A stretch of 64,000 bases of DNA, from positions 49,345 to 113,344 of IMG/VR virus record IMGVR_UViG_3300027881_000007. The stretch is one strand, 5' to 3'. The first letter of the stretch is position 1. Each line of letters begins with the position of its first letter. The notes below the pieces were generated by a model. It did not search any database, was not told where the DNA came from, and saw nothing but the letters and a program-made list of their open reading frames with translations. The translations under genes were made by a program, and so were the position numbers. Shown here piece after piece: positions 9,696 through 19,284 of this stretch. Source of the stretch: a virus.

Positions 9696-9966
9696 GACAT
9701 TCCAAAAGTAGTGATTGTGCCTTCTTCCTCCATTCTCTCTTCGGACTAATACAAGCGACTACAACTGTAAACCCTTGTTCTTCTAATAATGCAGCAAACT
9801 TTGCTATGAGCATTATATTGCTTTCTCGTCCCTCATCTGTAAAATCAGAGGGAAAATGTTCTCTTATCCTGTCCCCATCTAAAACAATACCATTAGTTTG
9901 TCTAGCAATACGATTTGCTAAAGTTGTCTTACCCGCCCCAGATCGACCTGTAATCCAATATACCAT
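9631..9966 (-). CDS. cysC: adenylylsulfate (APS) kinase, short form
   Basis: WITGRSGAGKTT, LDGDRIR, FTDEGRESN, ISP, YEEP. Confidence 0.85.
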   Translation of the reverse strand: MVYWITGRSGAGKTTLANRIARQTNGIVLDGDRIREHFPSDFTDEGRESNIMLIAKFAALLEEQGFTVVVACISPKREWRKKAQSLLLECLEICLPFGELWEGTEYEEPEY

Positions 9967-9978
9967 TTATGTAATCCT

Positions 9979-10494
9979 CTATCTGTTTATATAATCAGTT
10001 ATCACAGCAGCTCCATGAATAATCTCAACACTCTTCTCAACTATTTCAGCACCCTCTTCATGAGTTGGAGGTTCAAGTTCTAAGCTCGCTTGCATCCTTT
10101 CCATAACAACTAAAGGAAAATCAGATTCGATTGCTCTTTCAATACAAGTTTCATATGGAGTTTTTACATAAATAATTGTTACATCTGCTCCATATTCTTT
10201 ACCTAAGTTGATTACTTTCTCTCTTCTAAATTTTGTTGTGTGTGTTCCATCGAGAACTACATCTAGTCCTCTGATCAGACTGGCCCTAACCATTGTATTA
10301 AATGTGCCCCAAACAAAGTCTTCTAGTTTTGGATCAAATTCAACTCCAAGTGCAAGTCTAATATCATCACCACAAATGACTTGGTATTCCCGGAGTTCCC
10401 GATTCACTATTGTCGACTTCCCGCTCTTTGGGAGGCCGCACATTATCACCATCGTCGGTCTTCTCTCTACTCCTTGATCTTTCGGCATTCTCAA
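9979..10494 (-). CDS. P-loop kinase (AAA_33 / PNK-kinase-like)
   Basis: MCGLPKSGKST, DDIR, VVLDGTHTT. Confidence 0.8.
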   Translation of the reverse strand: MRMPKDQGVERRPTMVIMCGLPKSGKSTIVNRELREYQVICGDDIRLALGVEFDPKLEDFVWGTFNTMVRASLIRGLDVVLDGTHTTKFRREKVINLGKEYGADVTIIYVKTPYETCIERAIESDFPLVVMERMQASLELEPPTHEEGAEIVEKSVEIIHGAAVITDYINR

Positions 10495-11240
10495 TTCCCC
10501 TTTGAATTATTGTTTCGTAGTAGTCCATTATTCAAACCTCTTTTTGACCTTCTCCATATAAGCATACTGATCTATTCTTGGAGGATTTGGCTTATGATTA
10601 TATCGTGAAATAATTCTCCAATCCCTAACTTGTGGTTCTCTACATCTTTTACATTCTCTATACAATCTTGAGTATTCTCCTTCTGTACCGGTGCACTCTC
10701 TTGTAATAGTACCATCAGGTTGGGCATATACTACACTAGAGGCCTCTTCCCATTCATGTTCTTTTAAACACTTCATCGTGGGATTTCCATTTTTCTCCAT
10801 TACGCATCTGCCTCCGACCTTTTCTAATCGACTTGAGCAGCTTTCGATTCTGGAGTATGCTTTTTGCCTTTTTTGATTTCATTAATTATATGCTCCGATA
10901 GAATTTGATCTTGTTTTAGAAATAACCTTATTGCCTCAACAGTGATACACTTTGAAATCTCAGAGTAACAGCTTTCCTTTTTGCAATAACTCCTATCACT
11001 CTTTACTTCATGGTCATCACATCTTGCGCATGTACCTAAGATCATAGTCCCTATCATTTCTATTCCTTTCAATCTTCAAACAACTTCCAAAAGTGCTCAT
11101 TGACAACTTTTTGAATTTCAGGATCAGGATCTTTTTGCTCCTTAAATAAATTATATACAAACTTTCGATGAATTTTTGCTTCTTCTTCTGTGAGATTTCT
11201 ATGTCCGGGAAAGAGTTTTTCACAAAACTCAATCCAATTT

Positions 11241-11696
11241 TTATCGCCCGACATCTTGTACCTCACCTTCAATAGAAGGACCTTCTACAGAAAGAAGTTC
11301 TTCATCTGGTATTCCTAAACCAACTGGACTTAACTGCTCCAATTCATATACAACCATAGATTTTAGAATACTATTCCAAGTTTTCCTATTGAAGGGTCCA
11401 TCAGGCAAGTCATTGCCCCTAGTCCAGTCTTCTGCAGCCCTTGGTTTTCTTCGTGAAACTACACAACCAAGATATCCTTTATTGGGTCTTTCAATTGCTA
11501 CTATAGCATATACATTCTCAAAAGTATATAGTTTAAATTTAAAGCGATGTTCATATTCACCATTGCCGTGACCTTCTCCTTCGTCCTCTGTAATATGGAC
11601 ATAGTTTTCAACGTTTCCACGAGTTCCCAAGTCTTCTTCTATCCACTTTTTTAGATCTTTAATTGTATTACTCATAGTTCGCTCCTTTCTTGACAA
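11241..11696 (-). CDS. conserved-looking phage hypothetical protein
   Basis: GYLGC...RKPRAAEDWTRGNDLPDG; AGGAG RBS before the second Met. Confidence 0.6.
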   Translation of the reverse strand: MSRKERTMSNTIKDLKKWIEEDLGTRGNVENYVHITEDEGEGHGNGEYEHRFKFKLYTFENVYAIVAIERPNKGYLGCVVSRRKPRAAEDWTRGNDLPDGPFNRKTWNSILKSMVVYELEQLSPVGLGIPDEELLSVEGPSIEGEVQDVGR

Positions 11697-11752
11697 CGAA
11701 AAAAAATGAGGGGGTTGCGACCCTTTTGAAAAAAAGGCGTGGACCCCCTCAA
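11697..11752 (-). terminator. intrinsic terminator
   Basis: TGAGGGGG...CCCCCTCA stem followed by a T run on the minus strand. Confidence 0.65.
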
Positions 11753-11759
11753 AACCACA

Positions 11760-12095
11760 TCTATCCCAAAGGAGAAGAGTTTAGCAGCCTTTTCCTGTGT
11801 GGACCAAACTCTATTAATGCAGGGTCGCAGACAGAATGACATGAACTAAACCACACAAACCCCGGCAGATAGAGGCAAAGGCAGCAGGCGCAGCAAGGCA
11901 CCATCGAGGAGATGCGGACCTTGTTGAAAAGGGGTGGTCTCCCCAAACCACAACTTCCCTAGGAGTCGGCTAGCACAGTCAGGATTTTCTGGTGCAAACT
12001 GTGTTAGGGCCGCAGGTTCGCAGACGGCATGGGCTGGACTCGCACCAACCACTATGCTGAATCGGAGGGATTTTTTGATGCATAGTGGAGAAAAA
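11760..12095 (-). ncRNA. candidate structured ncRNA downstream of tRNA-Gly
   Basis: no convincing ORF; GC-richer than flanks; several hairpins; duplicated GCAGG(G/T)TCGCAGAC motif. Confidence 0.4.
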
Positions 12096-12100
12096 ACTTT

Positions 12101-12168
12101 TGGAGCGGGGGAGAGGAGTCGAACCCCTTCTGGACTTGGAAGGTCCTTACCGGCCACCCGGCCTCCGC
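12101..12168 (-). tRNA. tRNA-Gly(TCC), compact and atypical
   Basis: GCGGAGG/CCCCCGC acceptor, U73, encoded CCA, CTTCCAA anticodon loop, AGGGG-TTCGACT-CCTCT T arm. Confidence 0.8.
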
Positions 12169-12174
12169 ATGTCT

Positions 12175-12465
12175 TCATTTCGGAACCTCCAGAGGAGTGT
12201 TGTGATTCATTTTTCTTCGAAGCATTTCTTTAACCAATTCATTATGTACATTTATAATAAACTCAAACGCTTCTCTAGTCACATTACCTTTTTTATTCCA
12301 TGCGCCGTGTAGCATATGACATTTTCTATGAAGATCAACTAACTGCGGATTGGTTAACTCTCGTACTACCTTCCCGCTCCTGTCCCTCTCAATCTCTTTA
12401 AGACGATTATATGTGGAGGGTAATTTTTGTATTATTTTCAAATACCTTTCGATCAGAGGATTCAT
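12175..12465 (-). CDS. hypothetical protein
   Basis: 96 aa; LHRKCHMLH...H...EM.RR..H pattern. Confidence 0.6.
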   Translation of the reverse strand: MNPLIERYLKIIQKLPSTYNRLKEIERDRSGKVVRELTNPQLVDLHRKCHMLHGAWNKKGNVTREAFEFIINVHNELVKEMLRRKMNHNTPLEVPK

Positions 12466-12477
12466 TTTCTGATCCTA

Positions 12478-12849
12478 TTAGCGAGATCGTTTTAGTCGTC
12501 GTTTAGCCTGTTCCTTAAGAAGCTCAGCATAAGAAAATGATGAAACCCTAATATCCTCTTTTAATTCACCTTTTTCTCTTTGACCCTCGACCCACTTGGC
12601 CAACTTAGCTTGCATGCCATCTGCCCAATTGGAGAGAGTTGGGTTTTCCTTCTTATTCCAAACATTCAAATTTGTAAGAGCCTTTGAAACAGTTTCCCAA
12701 CCCTTCTTTTTAATCAGATCTTCGAAGTGACTCATCGAAAGTGTTTCAACATCTTTACCCTCAGGCACCTCAAGGACACCAGGATGTTTAACTGGAATTT
12801 TTACCTTCTGCTCACTAAGTCCTTCAAGGTAATTGTTTACGGCCTTCAT
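12478..12849 (-). CDS. hypothetical protein, possible head-internal protein
   Basis: AGGAG RBS; N-terminus NNYLEGLSEQ. Confidence 0.6.
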   Translation of the reverse strand: MKAVNNYLEGLSEQKVKIPVKHPGVLEVPEGKDVETLSMSHFEDLIKKKGWETVSKALTNLNVWNKKENPTLSNWADGMQAKLAKWVEGQREKGELKEDIRVSSFSYAELLKEQAKRRLKRSR

Positions 12850-12885
12850 ATTATGCTCCTATTTATAATATGTTCTATATAGACA

Positions 12886-13269
12886 CTATATTATCCCATT
12901 CGTTCTGTCGAGTGTAATCTTCACGTCTTGTATGGATTGTCCAAAAATCTGTTTCTGTAAAAGGAAATTACTCGTAGCAATCTCAAGTCGTTCCATAGAC
13001 TTATTTGCACAACGATCTTCTCTCAAATATTCTTGAATACCAAGAGCTTCAATAATGTCATCCTGGCTGACTTCATAGTTATACATTAATAAGCTCCCTA
13101 TTCTCCTTTCTGCTCCTTCTGTTTCTTGTATTTTCAGAGCATCTAGAAGTTGCTCTCTCGTACACTTTCCTCTAATTACAAGGATTTCACCCAAGAGAGC
13201 TTTTCCCTTGTTTTCAACTATTTCTGCCTCTGTGTATATACCTAGTTTCTCAAGTATCTTTCTTAACAT
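12886..13269 (-). CDS. stand-alone MshEN-like (c-di-GMP-binding) domain protein
   Basis: LLGEILVIRGKCTREQLLDALKIQ and RIGSLLMYNYEVSQDDIIEALGIQ resemble the tandem RLGxxLLxxGxxxxxxLxxxLxxQ motif. Confidence 0.7.
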   Translation of the reverse strand: MLRKILEKLGIYTEAEIVENKGKALLGEILVIRGKCTREQLLDALKIQETEGAERRIGSLLMYNYEVSQDDIIEALGIQEYLREDRCANKSMERLEIATSNFLLQKQIFGQSIQDVKITLDRTNGII

Positions 13270-13657
13270 GGTCGTCCACCTCACTTTTATATTTCTCAAA
13301 TTCAGTCTCTAGGCGAACAAAGTCCAATTTTATTTTGTCTATCTCCTTTATTTTCTCCGCTTGTGGTTCCATCTTAGTTTGAACTACAGCCATTTCTTTT
13401 GAGAACTCACTCAAACTAGTAGAGCATCCTTCCATAGTACTGGATAGTTTGTCAAGTTTTCTACAGAGTCGTGCATCACAAGTATTTCTATATTGACTAC
13501 AAAGTTCTTCCCATTTTTCTCTTGTTAAGACTTCTCTTGCATAATCAAATTTAAACTTAAAATAATCCTTGACTAACCATATTAATAGTCCAATACTCGC
13601 TGTAGCAATCACTCCAAAAATTATTTTCAGAAAGTCTGTGAAGGTGAATTTATCCAT
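13250..13657 (-). CDS. N-terminal TM coiled-coil protein
   Basis: one TM followed by heptad-rich helix. Confidence 0.55.
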   Translation of the reverse strand: MDKFTFTDFLKIIFGVIATASIGLLIWLVKDYFKFKFDYAREVLTREKWEELCSQYRNTCDARLCRKLDKLSSTMEGCSTSLSEFSKEMAVVQTKMEPQAEKIKEIDKIKLDFVRLETEFEKYKSEVDDHVKKDT

Positions 13658-14441
13658 CTATCGTGTCTCTTGGAGAGAGCATTTTCTCTACAACCTCATA
13701 GACATCTTCAGGATCGGGTTCAGATGCCATATCCTCTTTGAGGCACATTGTTTTTGCTCTCTCAAGTAGAGCCTCCTGTGCGCGAGAATTTTTCATCCCT
13801 TTTGATTCCATTAAATCAACTACATCTTGATTAGTAATTTGATCCGGCCGAATGTGCGTCTCAACCACTTTCTTTTTCTTTAAAGTTTTTACTTTTTTAA
13901 CAACCCTTTTCTTTGGTGGTAGAAATCCCTCAGTCAGAAAATGGTCAACAGCATTGTGCATACTTCTAAGTCTTTCCTCGGCCATACTTCTCGCTTCACC
14001 TTCTTCTTCTTCGTCGTCGATTATGATTTTTCTGTCGTCACCCTTCTTGTGAATGATAGTTTCATCATCTACTAATGTAACACTTACTTCTTTCTTCTCA
14101 GTTTTAGTTTCCTTTTCATCTTCAGTGATAACCCTTGCTTCTATTTTTACTGGACTCACTACCCTAAATTCACTTCTCCAAGGATCCATGTAGAATCCAT
14201 TTCCAATGATCTCCAATTTAGCCATTAACAACTCATCATCTTTCAGAGATCGTCTAACAACGCTGTTCAATGCTGGCAAATCAACAGAGATAGACTCACT
14301 ACGCACTTCGGCCGGAAACCCATATTCAACATTGTCTACTACAACTCGTAGTGTCCCAACCAATTCTTTGTAATCAATGCCGCCAATTTGAACTTCAAAT
14401 TGGAGTGTTCTCCGTTCATTGACTTTTAACTTTAGTGCCAT
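13650..14441 (-). CDS. hypothetical protein
   Basis: 263 aa; GAGG RBS. Confidence 0.65.
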   Translation of the reverse strand: MALKLKVNERRTLQFEVQIGGIDYKELVGTLRVVVDNVEYGFPAEVRSESISVDLPALNSVVRRSLKDDELLMAKLEIIGNGFYMDPWRSEFRVVSPVKIEARVITEDEKETKTEKKEVSVTLVDDETIIHKKGDDRKIIIDDEEEEGEARSMAEERLRSMHNAVDHFLTEGFLPPKKRVVKKVKTLKKKKVVETHIRPDQITNQDVVDLMESKGMKNSRAQEALLERAKTMCLKEDMASEPDPEDVYEVVEKMLSPRDTIDG

Positions 14442-14706
14442 AGCAATATCCTCTCTAATTAATCCTCATCGTTATTATTATTGTTATCAAACTTAACTTT
14501 GGTCACCTCAATCATTGTAAGATCTTCGACTTCTCTAGTTTTCTCTAATTCAACTCTCTTAACCATGACCAAAGGTCTTTTGATTTCTTCTTCTTCGATA
14601 CGCAAAACTGCCGTGCCGCCTACATCAGGTATAAGACCTGGACAGGGACAGCATATTATCCCTTTCGTAGCAACACTAGTGGCATTCATATATTTGTTCC
14701 CTCAAC

Positions 14707-15792
14707 TTATGGGTCACATAGATACAGATGATCAATATGAAACAGGTGACCCGCTGATCCATTCGATATATGAGCTATCTGTATAATCACCTGTCCTACA
14801 CCACTTACATAATCAGCATTTTGAATAGTAAATTTATAACTACTCTTCGCTCCTGCACTTGGGAAGTCGTCAACAGCGCCAGTTAAGTCATCAAAGACAG
14901 AAGTATTGAAATTCCATGCCCTGATCTTCTTATCATGTGCCGGGTTTCCTTGATAGTAAGCGGCAAGACAGACGTCAATATTATTTGTTGGTACATCATT
15001 AAAATCAAATCTAAAGTCAAATGCTGGGGCCGGCACAGCAGCTTCATTCAATACAAAATATGTATCATCTTCAGCATAAGTATTGACAAGTGCTCCTGAG
15101 TTGATAGATCCAACATTTATAAGAACCGACTTTGCAAGTCTCCAGTCTGGACTAGTTGTGGTCGCTGTTGTCGTTGTACTGGTTGTTGTCGTTGTGCTAG
15201 TAGTGCTTGTTGTAGTTGTAGTTATTGGAGCGGTAGTTGTAGTAGTCGTTGTAGTTGTAGTCACTACCGGAGTTCCACAAGTCACAACTTTATATGACGT
15301 CATTCTGCCTTCGTCATCGTAAGTCGCTTCAATACAATATGTCTCAATAACTCCTACGTCTGTTCCCACATTAGCTGCATTATTATAAATTCTAATTCGA
15401 CCTGTTAGCATACATCCAAATTCATTGAACGTCGTCTGATCAATATAAAAGTTTTCTTGAACGAGACCCAGGATCCTTCGAAGTATCTCTGTAAAAGAAT
15501 CAAACGTATTTACGAACACCTGAATAGTATCCGCTTTACCCCAAGGGAAATAGGTATCGTGATAAGCAATAAGGTACCAATCACCAATTGCATTTGGGGT
15601 AAAACTTGATCTATAACTTCCAGAACCTAATTCTATAAAAGTTACGGGAACTGTTGCACTTACTTCAGTTCCATTATCATCCCATATATTATATGTAAAC
15701 GCAGTGGAGTCAATGTTGGGGATTCGATTACCTGCTGTATCAGTAACCGTGAAATCTTCATGAATAATATCTCCCACTCGACCAATCTGCAT
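14707..15792 (-). CDS. putative virion protein with Thr-rich linker
   Basis: two beta-rich domains joined by a ~35 aa poly-Thr tract. Confidence 0.7.
   Translation of the reverse strand: MQIGRVGDIIHEDFTVTDTAGNRIPNIDSTAFTYNIWDDNGTEVSATVPVTFIELGSGSYRSSFTPNAIGDWYLIAYHDTYFPWGKADTIQVFVNTFDSFTEILRRILGLVQENFYIDQTTFNEFGCMLTGRIRIYNNAANVGTDVGVIETYCIEATYDDEGRMTSYKVVTCGTPVVTTTTTTTTTTAPITTTTTSTTSTTTTTSTTTTATTTSPDWRLAKSVLINVGSINSGALVNTYAEDDTYFVLNEAAVPAPAFDFRFDFNDVPTNNIDVCLAAYYQGNPAHDKKIRAWNFNTSVFDDLTGAVDDFPSAGAKSSYKFTIQNADYVSGVGQVIIQIAHISNGSAGHLFHIDHLYLCDP
15157..15266. repeat. coding trinucleotide low-complexity tract (GTN)n encoding poly-Thr
   Basis: gttgtagtagtcgttgtagttgtag... Confidence 0.8.
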
Positions 15793-15814
15793 TTATAATT
15801 CCCCTTAATTCACA

Positions 15815-16462
15815 CTATGCATACAGTCTCTTCTCAAACAGCATTGCTTGAGCATAGCGTAATGCTGCAGAGGTTGATCCTCTCAGTCTAGCTCCAATTG
15901 TATAAGTGTTTTTTCCATCTCTTAATGCTACATTAGTATCAAATTCTCCAACCACCCAGTTATCACCAGTATTTGGAATGTTAAGAAGTGGAGTGACAAG
16001 TGATACAATACTAGATCCGTCACTATTCAAATCTTCTCCAATTGTTACCTGAACTTCAGTTCCAACAGTCTTTATTGCTCCCAGTACTCGTATAAAAGCA
16101 TTTGGTAATCTATTCGATGGAATAAATTGTGTTGGGTCTACAACAACTCCACCTAACTCCTGCCATGGTGTTGTTGTTGTGATTTGAACGATTGAGTCAA
16201 CTAGTTTTGTCTGAGAGTGAAGAATGAAGACCTCCCTCTCTGTACCCAAGTGTGCAGCAATTACTCCATCGAGTGCATTGTTCTCAGGACCTGTCAAATC
16301 TCTGTCAATCCATATATCAACTGTGTCCAAAGCGATATCTTTATTGAGATATAGTAAGGTTGCAGTTCCTCCCAAAGCAAGAATTTCATAACGCAAATTC
16401 GGGAGGTTTACCTTCTGATTTGGAAAGTCATTTATTATTGAATAAGCATACTTTGTTGCCAT
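15815..16462 (-). CDS. virion/tail-associated paralog (YxYSIxNDFPNQ N-domain)
   Basis: likely start MATKYAYSIINDFPNQ after AGGAG; ALDGVIAAHLG motif. Confidence 0.65.
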   Translation of the reverse strand: MATKYAYSIINDFPNQKVNLPNLRYEILALGGTATLLYLNKDIALDTVDIWIDRDLTGPENNALDGVIAAHLGTEREVFILHSQTKLVDSIVQITTTTPWQELGGVVVDPTQFIPSNRLPNAFIRVLGAIKTVGTEVQVTIGEDLNSDGSSIVSLVTPLLNIPNTGDNWVVGEFDTNVALRDGKNTYTIGARLRGSTSAALRYAQAMLFEKRLYA

Positions 16463-17079
16463 TAGTCTATTCTCCTTAGTTCTAAGAATGCTTTGTATAT
16501 ATGCCAGGTCTCTTCTCCAACCACATCCTTGCCACAATCTATATCAATAGCGTGTGTACCCCTATCCAAGTGTATATTTACAAATCCAGATCTTGGAATT
16601 CTTTCACCTGGCATTGCTTGAGATGCTTCCTCAATATACTCCATCTCAGTATCAGTGCCATCCACTTGGATTCGCATTTTCAGGTTAACACCCACTGACT
16701 GTACTCCATAGAGAATAAACCAACTACATCTATAATTCCCATGATCTAGATGTGGGGTATTCAGAGTAACTACTTCTGTATATGCATCATTATCTGATGC
16801 AAATTCGCTAGTTCTTTCTTCTCGTATAATATCACCAATTGCGATACCAGGAGGAAACGGGACACCATCATGTGCTGCAACTATTGCATCCAATGCTGTC
16901 TCTTCTCCGGGAGGAAGAACATCTGTAAAATCAATATAACAACTATTATTGTGCTTGGTTACACCAAGAAGAACTACAGCAACTGCCGTAGAGTCCTCTA
17001 TCTCTAATGCTAACTTATTGCTCGCAACCACCTGATTAGGAAAATCATTTAGGATCGAGTATGTATATCTTTCTGCCAT
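16462..17079 (-). CDS. virion/tail-associated paralog
   Basis: YTYSILNDFPNQ, ALDAIVAAHDG and the shared C-terminal domain. Confidence 0.65.
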   Translation of the reverse strand: MAERYTYSILNDFPNQVVASNKLALEIEDSTAVAVVLLGVTKHNNSCYIDFTDVLPPGEETALDAIVAAHDGVPFPPGIAIGDIIREERTSEFASDNDAYTEVVTLNTPHLDHGNYRCSWFILYGVQSVGVNLKMRIQVDGTDTEMEYIEEASQAMPGERIPRSGFVNIHLDRGTHAIDIDCGKDVVGEETWHIYKAFLELRRID

Positions 17080-17080
17080 A

Positions 17081-17689
17081 CTAACCTCCGAAAAGCAACC
17101 TTGCCTTAGAAATGTAGGCTGTAGGACTACCTCCTGTATCGTTTACTCTATACTGAAGTATTATTGTTTTTGGACCATCTAGATCACACCGGCAAAACCC
17201 AGTGTAAATTGGTTTTACATCGGACCCTGGTTGCTGATGAATTATATTCTCTATTACCATATTTGCAGTTGTATCATACAGCCTGGCTTCTATTTCTCTA
17301 TTGGCTGGGGCACTACCAAATTTGAATGTCCAGTCGAGTCGGTATGTTCCTGGAGTCGGATCACCTGTTATATCTAATGTAAGTTTATCTATCCAATCAT
17401 TCGAAGTAGTCTCTGATTCAGATAATGATTCCACATAAATCGGATCGAGTATATCATATGGTAGCCCAGTATGACCTGCAACTATTCCATCAAGTGTAGT
17501 CTCTTCTGGTCCAGATAAGATAGACTCAAATTCAATATTACAAGTAGCATCATGGACAGTCGAACTAACATAAGGAGTAGTAATCGAAGAGGCAGCAATC
17601 TCTACTTCCATTTTCTCAATATCGACTGCCTGATTTGGGAAGTCATTTATAACAGAATATGAATATATAGTCACTATGATACCCTCCAA
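17081..17689 (-). CDS. virion/tail-associated paralog
   Basis: YSYSVINDFPNQ, LDGIVAGHTG; true start may be the GTG at 17674. Confidence 0.65.
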   Translation of the reverse strand: MEGIIVTIYSYSVINDFPNQAVDIEKMEVEIAASSITTPYVSSTVHDATCNIEFESILSGPEETTLDGIVAGHTGLPYDILDPIYVESLSESETTSNDWIDKLTLDITGDPTPGTYRLDWTFKFGSAPANREIEARLYDTTANMVIENIIHQQPGSDVKPIYTGFCRCDLDGPKTIILQYRVNDTGGSPTAYISKARLLFGG

Positions 17690-19284
17690 ATCTCTATTCT
17701 TGCTCTCCGAATATATGCAGTTCCAGTATCTATTTGTCTCCAGTTTATCTCTATATCAACAGTTCCTGATACATGAGTATAGTAGTAAAACCCGCTAAAA
17801 TCATAATAGTTAGAACCGTCTTGTGGTTCTAGTACTTCAAGGGCAACTGTAGTACCTCCTACTAGAACTCTAGCTTCAACACTTCCACTAGTCGATGAAT
17901 TTCTAATTTCTGCATACCAACCAACTCTGTATTTACCGGCTGGTCCAATGTCAAGATTTTCTATTTCAATTTTCTCTTGCCAAGAACTTGACGTTGTTGA
18001 AGATTCCCCATCAGAAGATTCCTCATAAAATTCGCTTCCAAATGTACCATCTCCATCACCACCGCCAGGTATTGTAATAGTAGCCTCTGATGTACTATCA
18101 GTAGCAGTAACACCATCACCAACAAAATTTATTATTGAATGTGGTGTATTAGGTAAGTTCACTCCCTCATCTTGAATGATTATATTAGAACCCGAACCAG
18201 TAGGTCCTGGTTCACCGTCAACGCCAGCAGCACCAGCCACACCATCTAACTTTACAACCTTAAAGGTGCCACCAGCAAAAATTGCAGCTGCATCATTTTG
18301 ATATCTTAACTGTACAGTTATAAAATCTCCACTTGAAAGTGAAGATATAAAACTATGACTCAAATGGTTATTTATATCATCTCTACTATCTATTGAACTA
18401 TCCGCAAAAACACTTGTTTCTGATGGTGAACCATTTAGAACACTGGTATCATTTACACGAACTTGTGCCTCAACGTCCGAAACAGATGGAGTGGAACCAG
18501 CATCAATATCAAAGTCATAAAGAATTAGATATAGTCCATCTACCTTAACATCTATTCTATCTGTATTTGTGTCATTATGCTCTAGGTTGGTGGGAACTGA
18601 TTCTTCATCAGTTGTGTCAAATGTAACATCGGCAAATGTTGTTCCTAGAGATAATGTTGTTGTTCTTCTTGCTTGGACTGCTGCAAGTTCTGTAGATACA
18701 GCAGCTGTACCATCTCCTCCAGTTTGATCTTCATATTCTAAATTTCCAGATGCAGATCTATATACAAGAACTCGACCATCAACAATTGCAGCATCATCAA
18801 CTACAACTCCTTTAATCTTTTGCGCATCATGGTCTAAGTCTGTAATATCTACCTCAAGATGAGTATGACCTGTGTCTGATTTTCCAGTTAAAGCTGTATC
18901 TACTTCTCCCTGAGTATATTTGTCAAGGTCAGTTACATCAGCTTCAAGATGAGTATGAACTTCCTCAGCAGCTCCAACTTGAAGAGCAGTAATCATGTGT
19001 GGGTTAGAAGTAGTGTCCGCAACATGGGCATCTACAGGATCTTCAGGTTCAGGGCATACACTTCCATCATGAGCAGCAACAACACCATTCAAGGCTGTCA
19101 CTTCACCACCCGACAGTGTAGAATCAAACTCTATATCAACATCATCTGGACTTGCAAATGGGGCAACAATTATATGCGTCAAGTCAGTAGTAATCGCACT
19201 CTCTGCCAGAATTTCATCTGTCAGTGTTGAAAGGCATACCTGACCACCAAAATCAGTAGACAGCGAATATGTGTATGTTGCCAT
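17674..19284 (-). CDS. tail fibre-like protein
   Basis: HTHLEADVTDLD repeats, Gly-rich/collagen-like patch, shared N- and C-domains. Confidence 0.7.
   Translation of the reverse strand: MATYTYSLSTDFGGQVCLSTLTDEILAESAITTDLTHIIVAPFASPDDVDIEFDSTLSGGEVTALNGVVAAHDGSVCPEPEDPVDAHVADTTSNPHMITALQVGAAEEVHTHLEADVTDLDKYTQGEVDTALTGKSDTGHTHLEVDITDLDHDAQKIKGVVVDDAAIVDGRVLVYRSASGNLEYEDQTGGDGTAAVSTELAAVQARRTTTLSLGTTFADVTFDTTDEESVPTNLEHNDTNTDRIDVKVDGLYLILYDFDIDAGSTPSVSDVEAQVRVNDTSVLNGSPSETSVFADSSIDSRDDINNHLSHSFISSLSSGDFITVQLRYQNDAAAIFAGGTFKVVKLDGVAGAAGVDGEPGPTGSGSNIIIQDEGVNLPNTPHSIINFVGDGVTATDSTSEATITIPGGGDGDGTFGSEFYEESSDGESSTTSSSWQEKIEIENLDIGPAGKYRVGWYAEIRNSSTSGSVEARVLVGGTTVALEVLEPQDGSNYYDFSGFYYYTHVSGTVDIEINWRQIDTGTAYIRRARIEIWRVS

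Noticed and set aside
11761-12233. ORFs 11761..11946, 11846..12178 and 11934..12233
   Set aside because: They overlap the tRNA and the structured region, have atypical composition and lack clear RBSs
15083-15322. Poly-Val plus-strand ORF, and Ser/Phe-rich plus-strand ORFs at 49.4-50.1 kb
   Set aside because: These are antisense shadows of the poly-Thr and poly-Glu coding tracts
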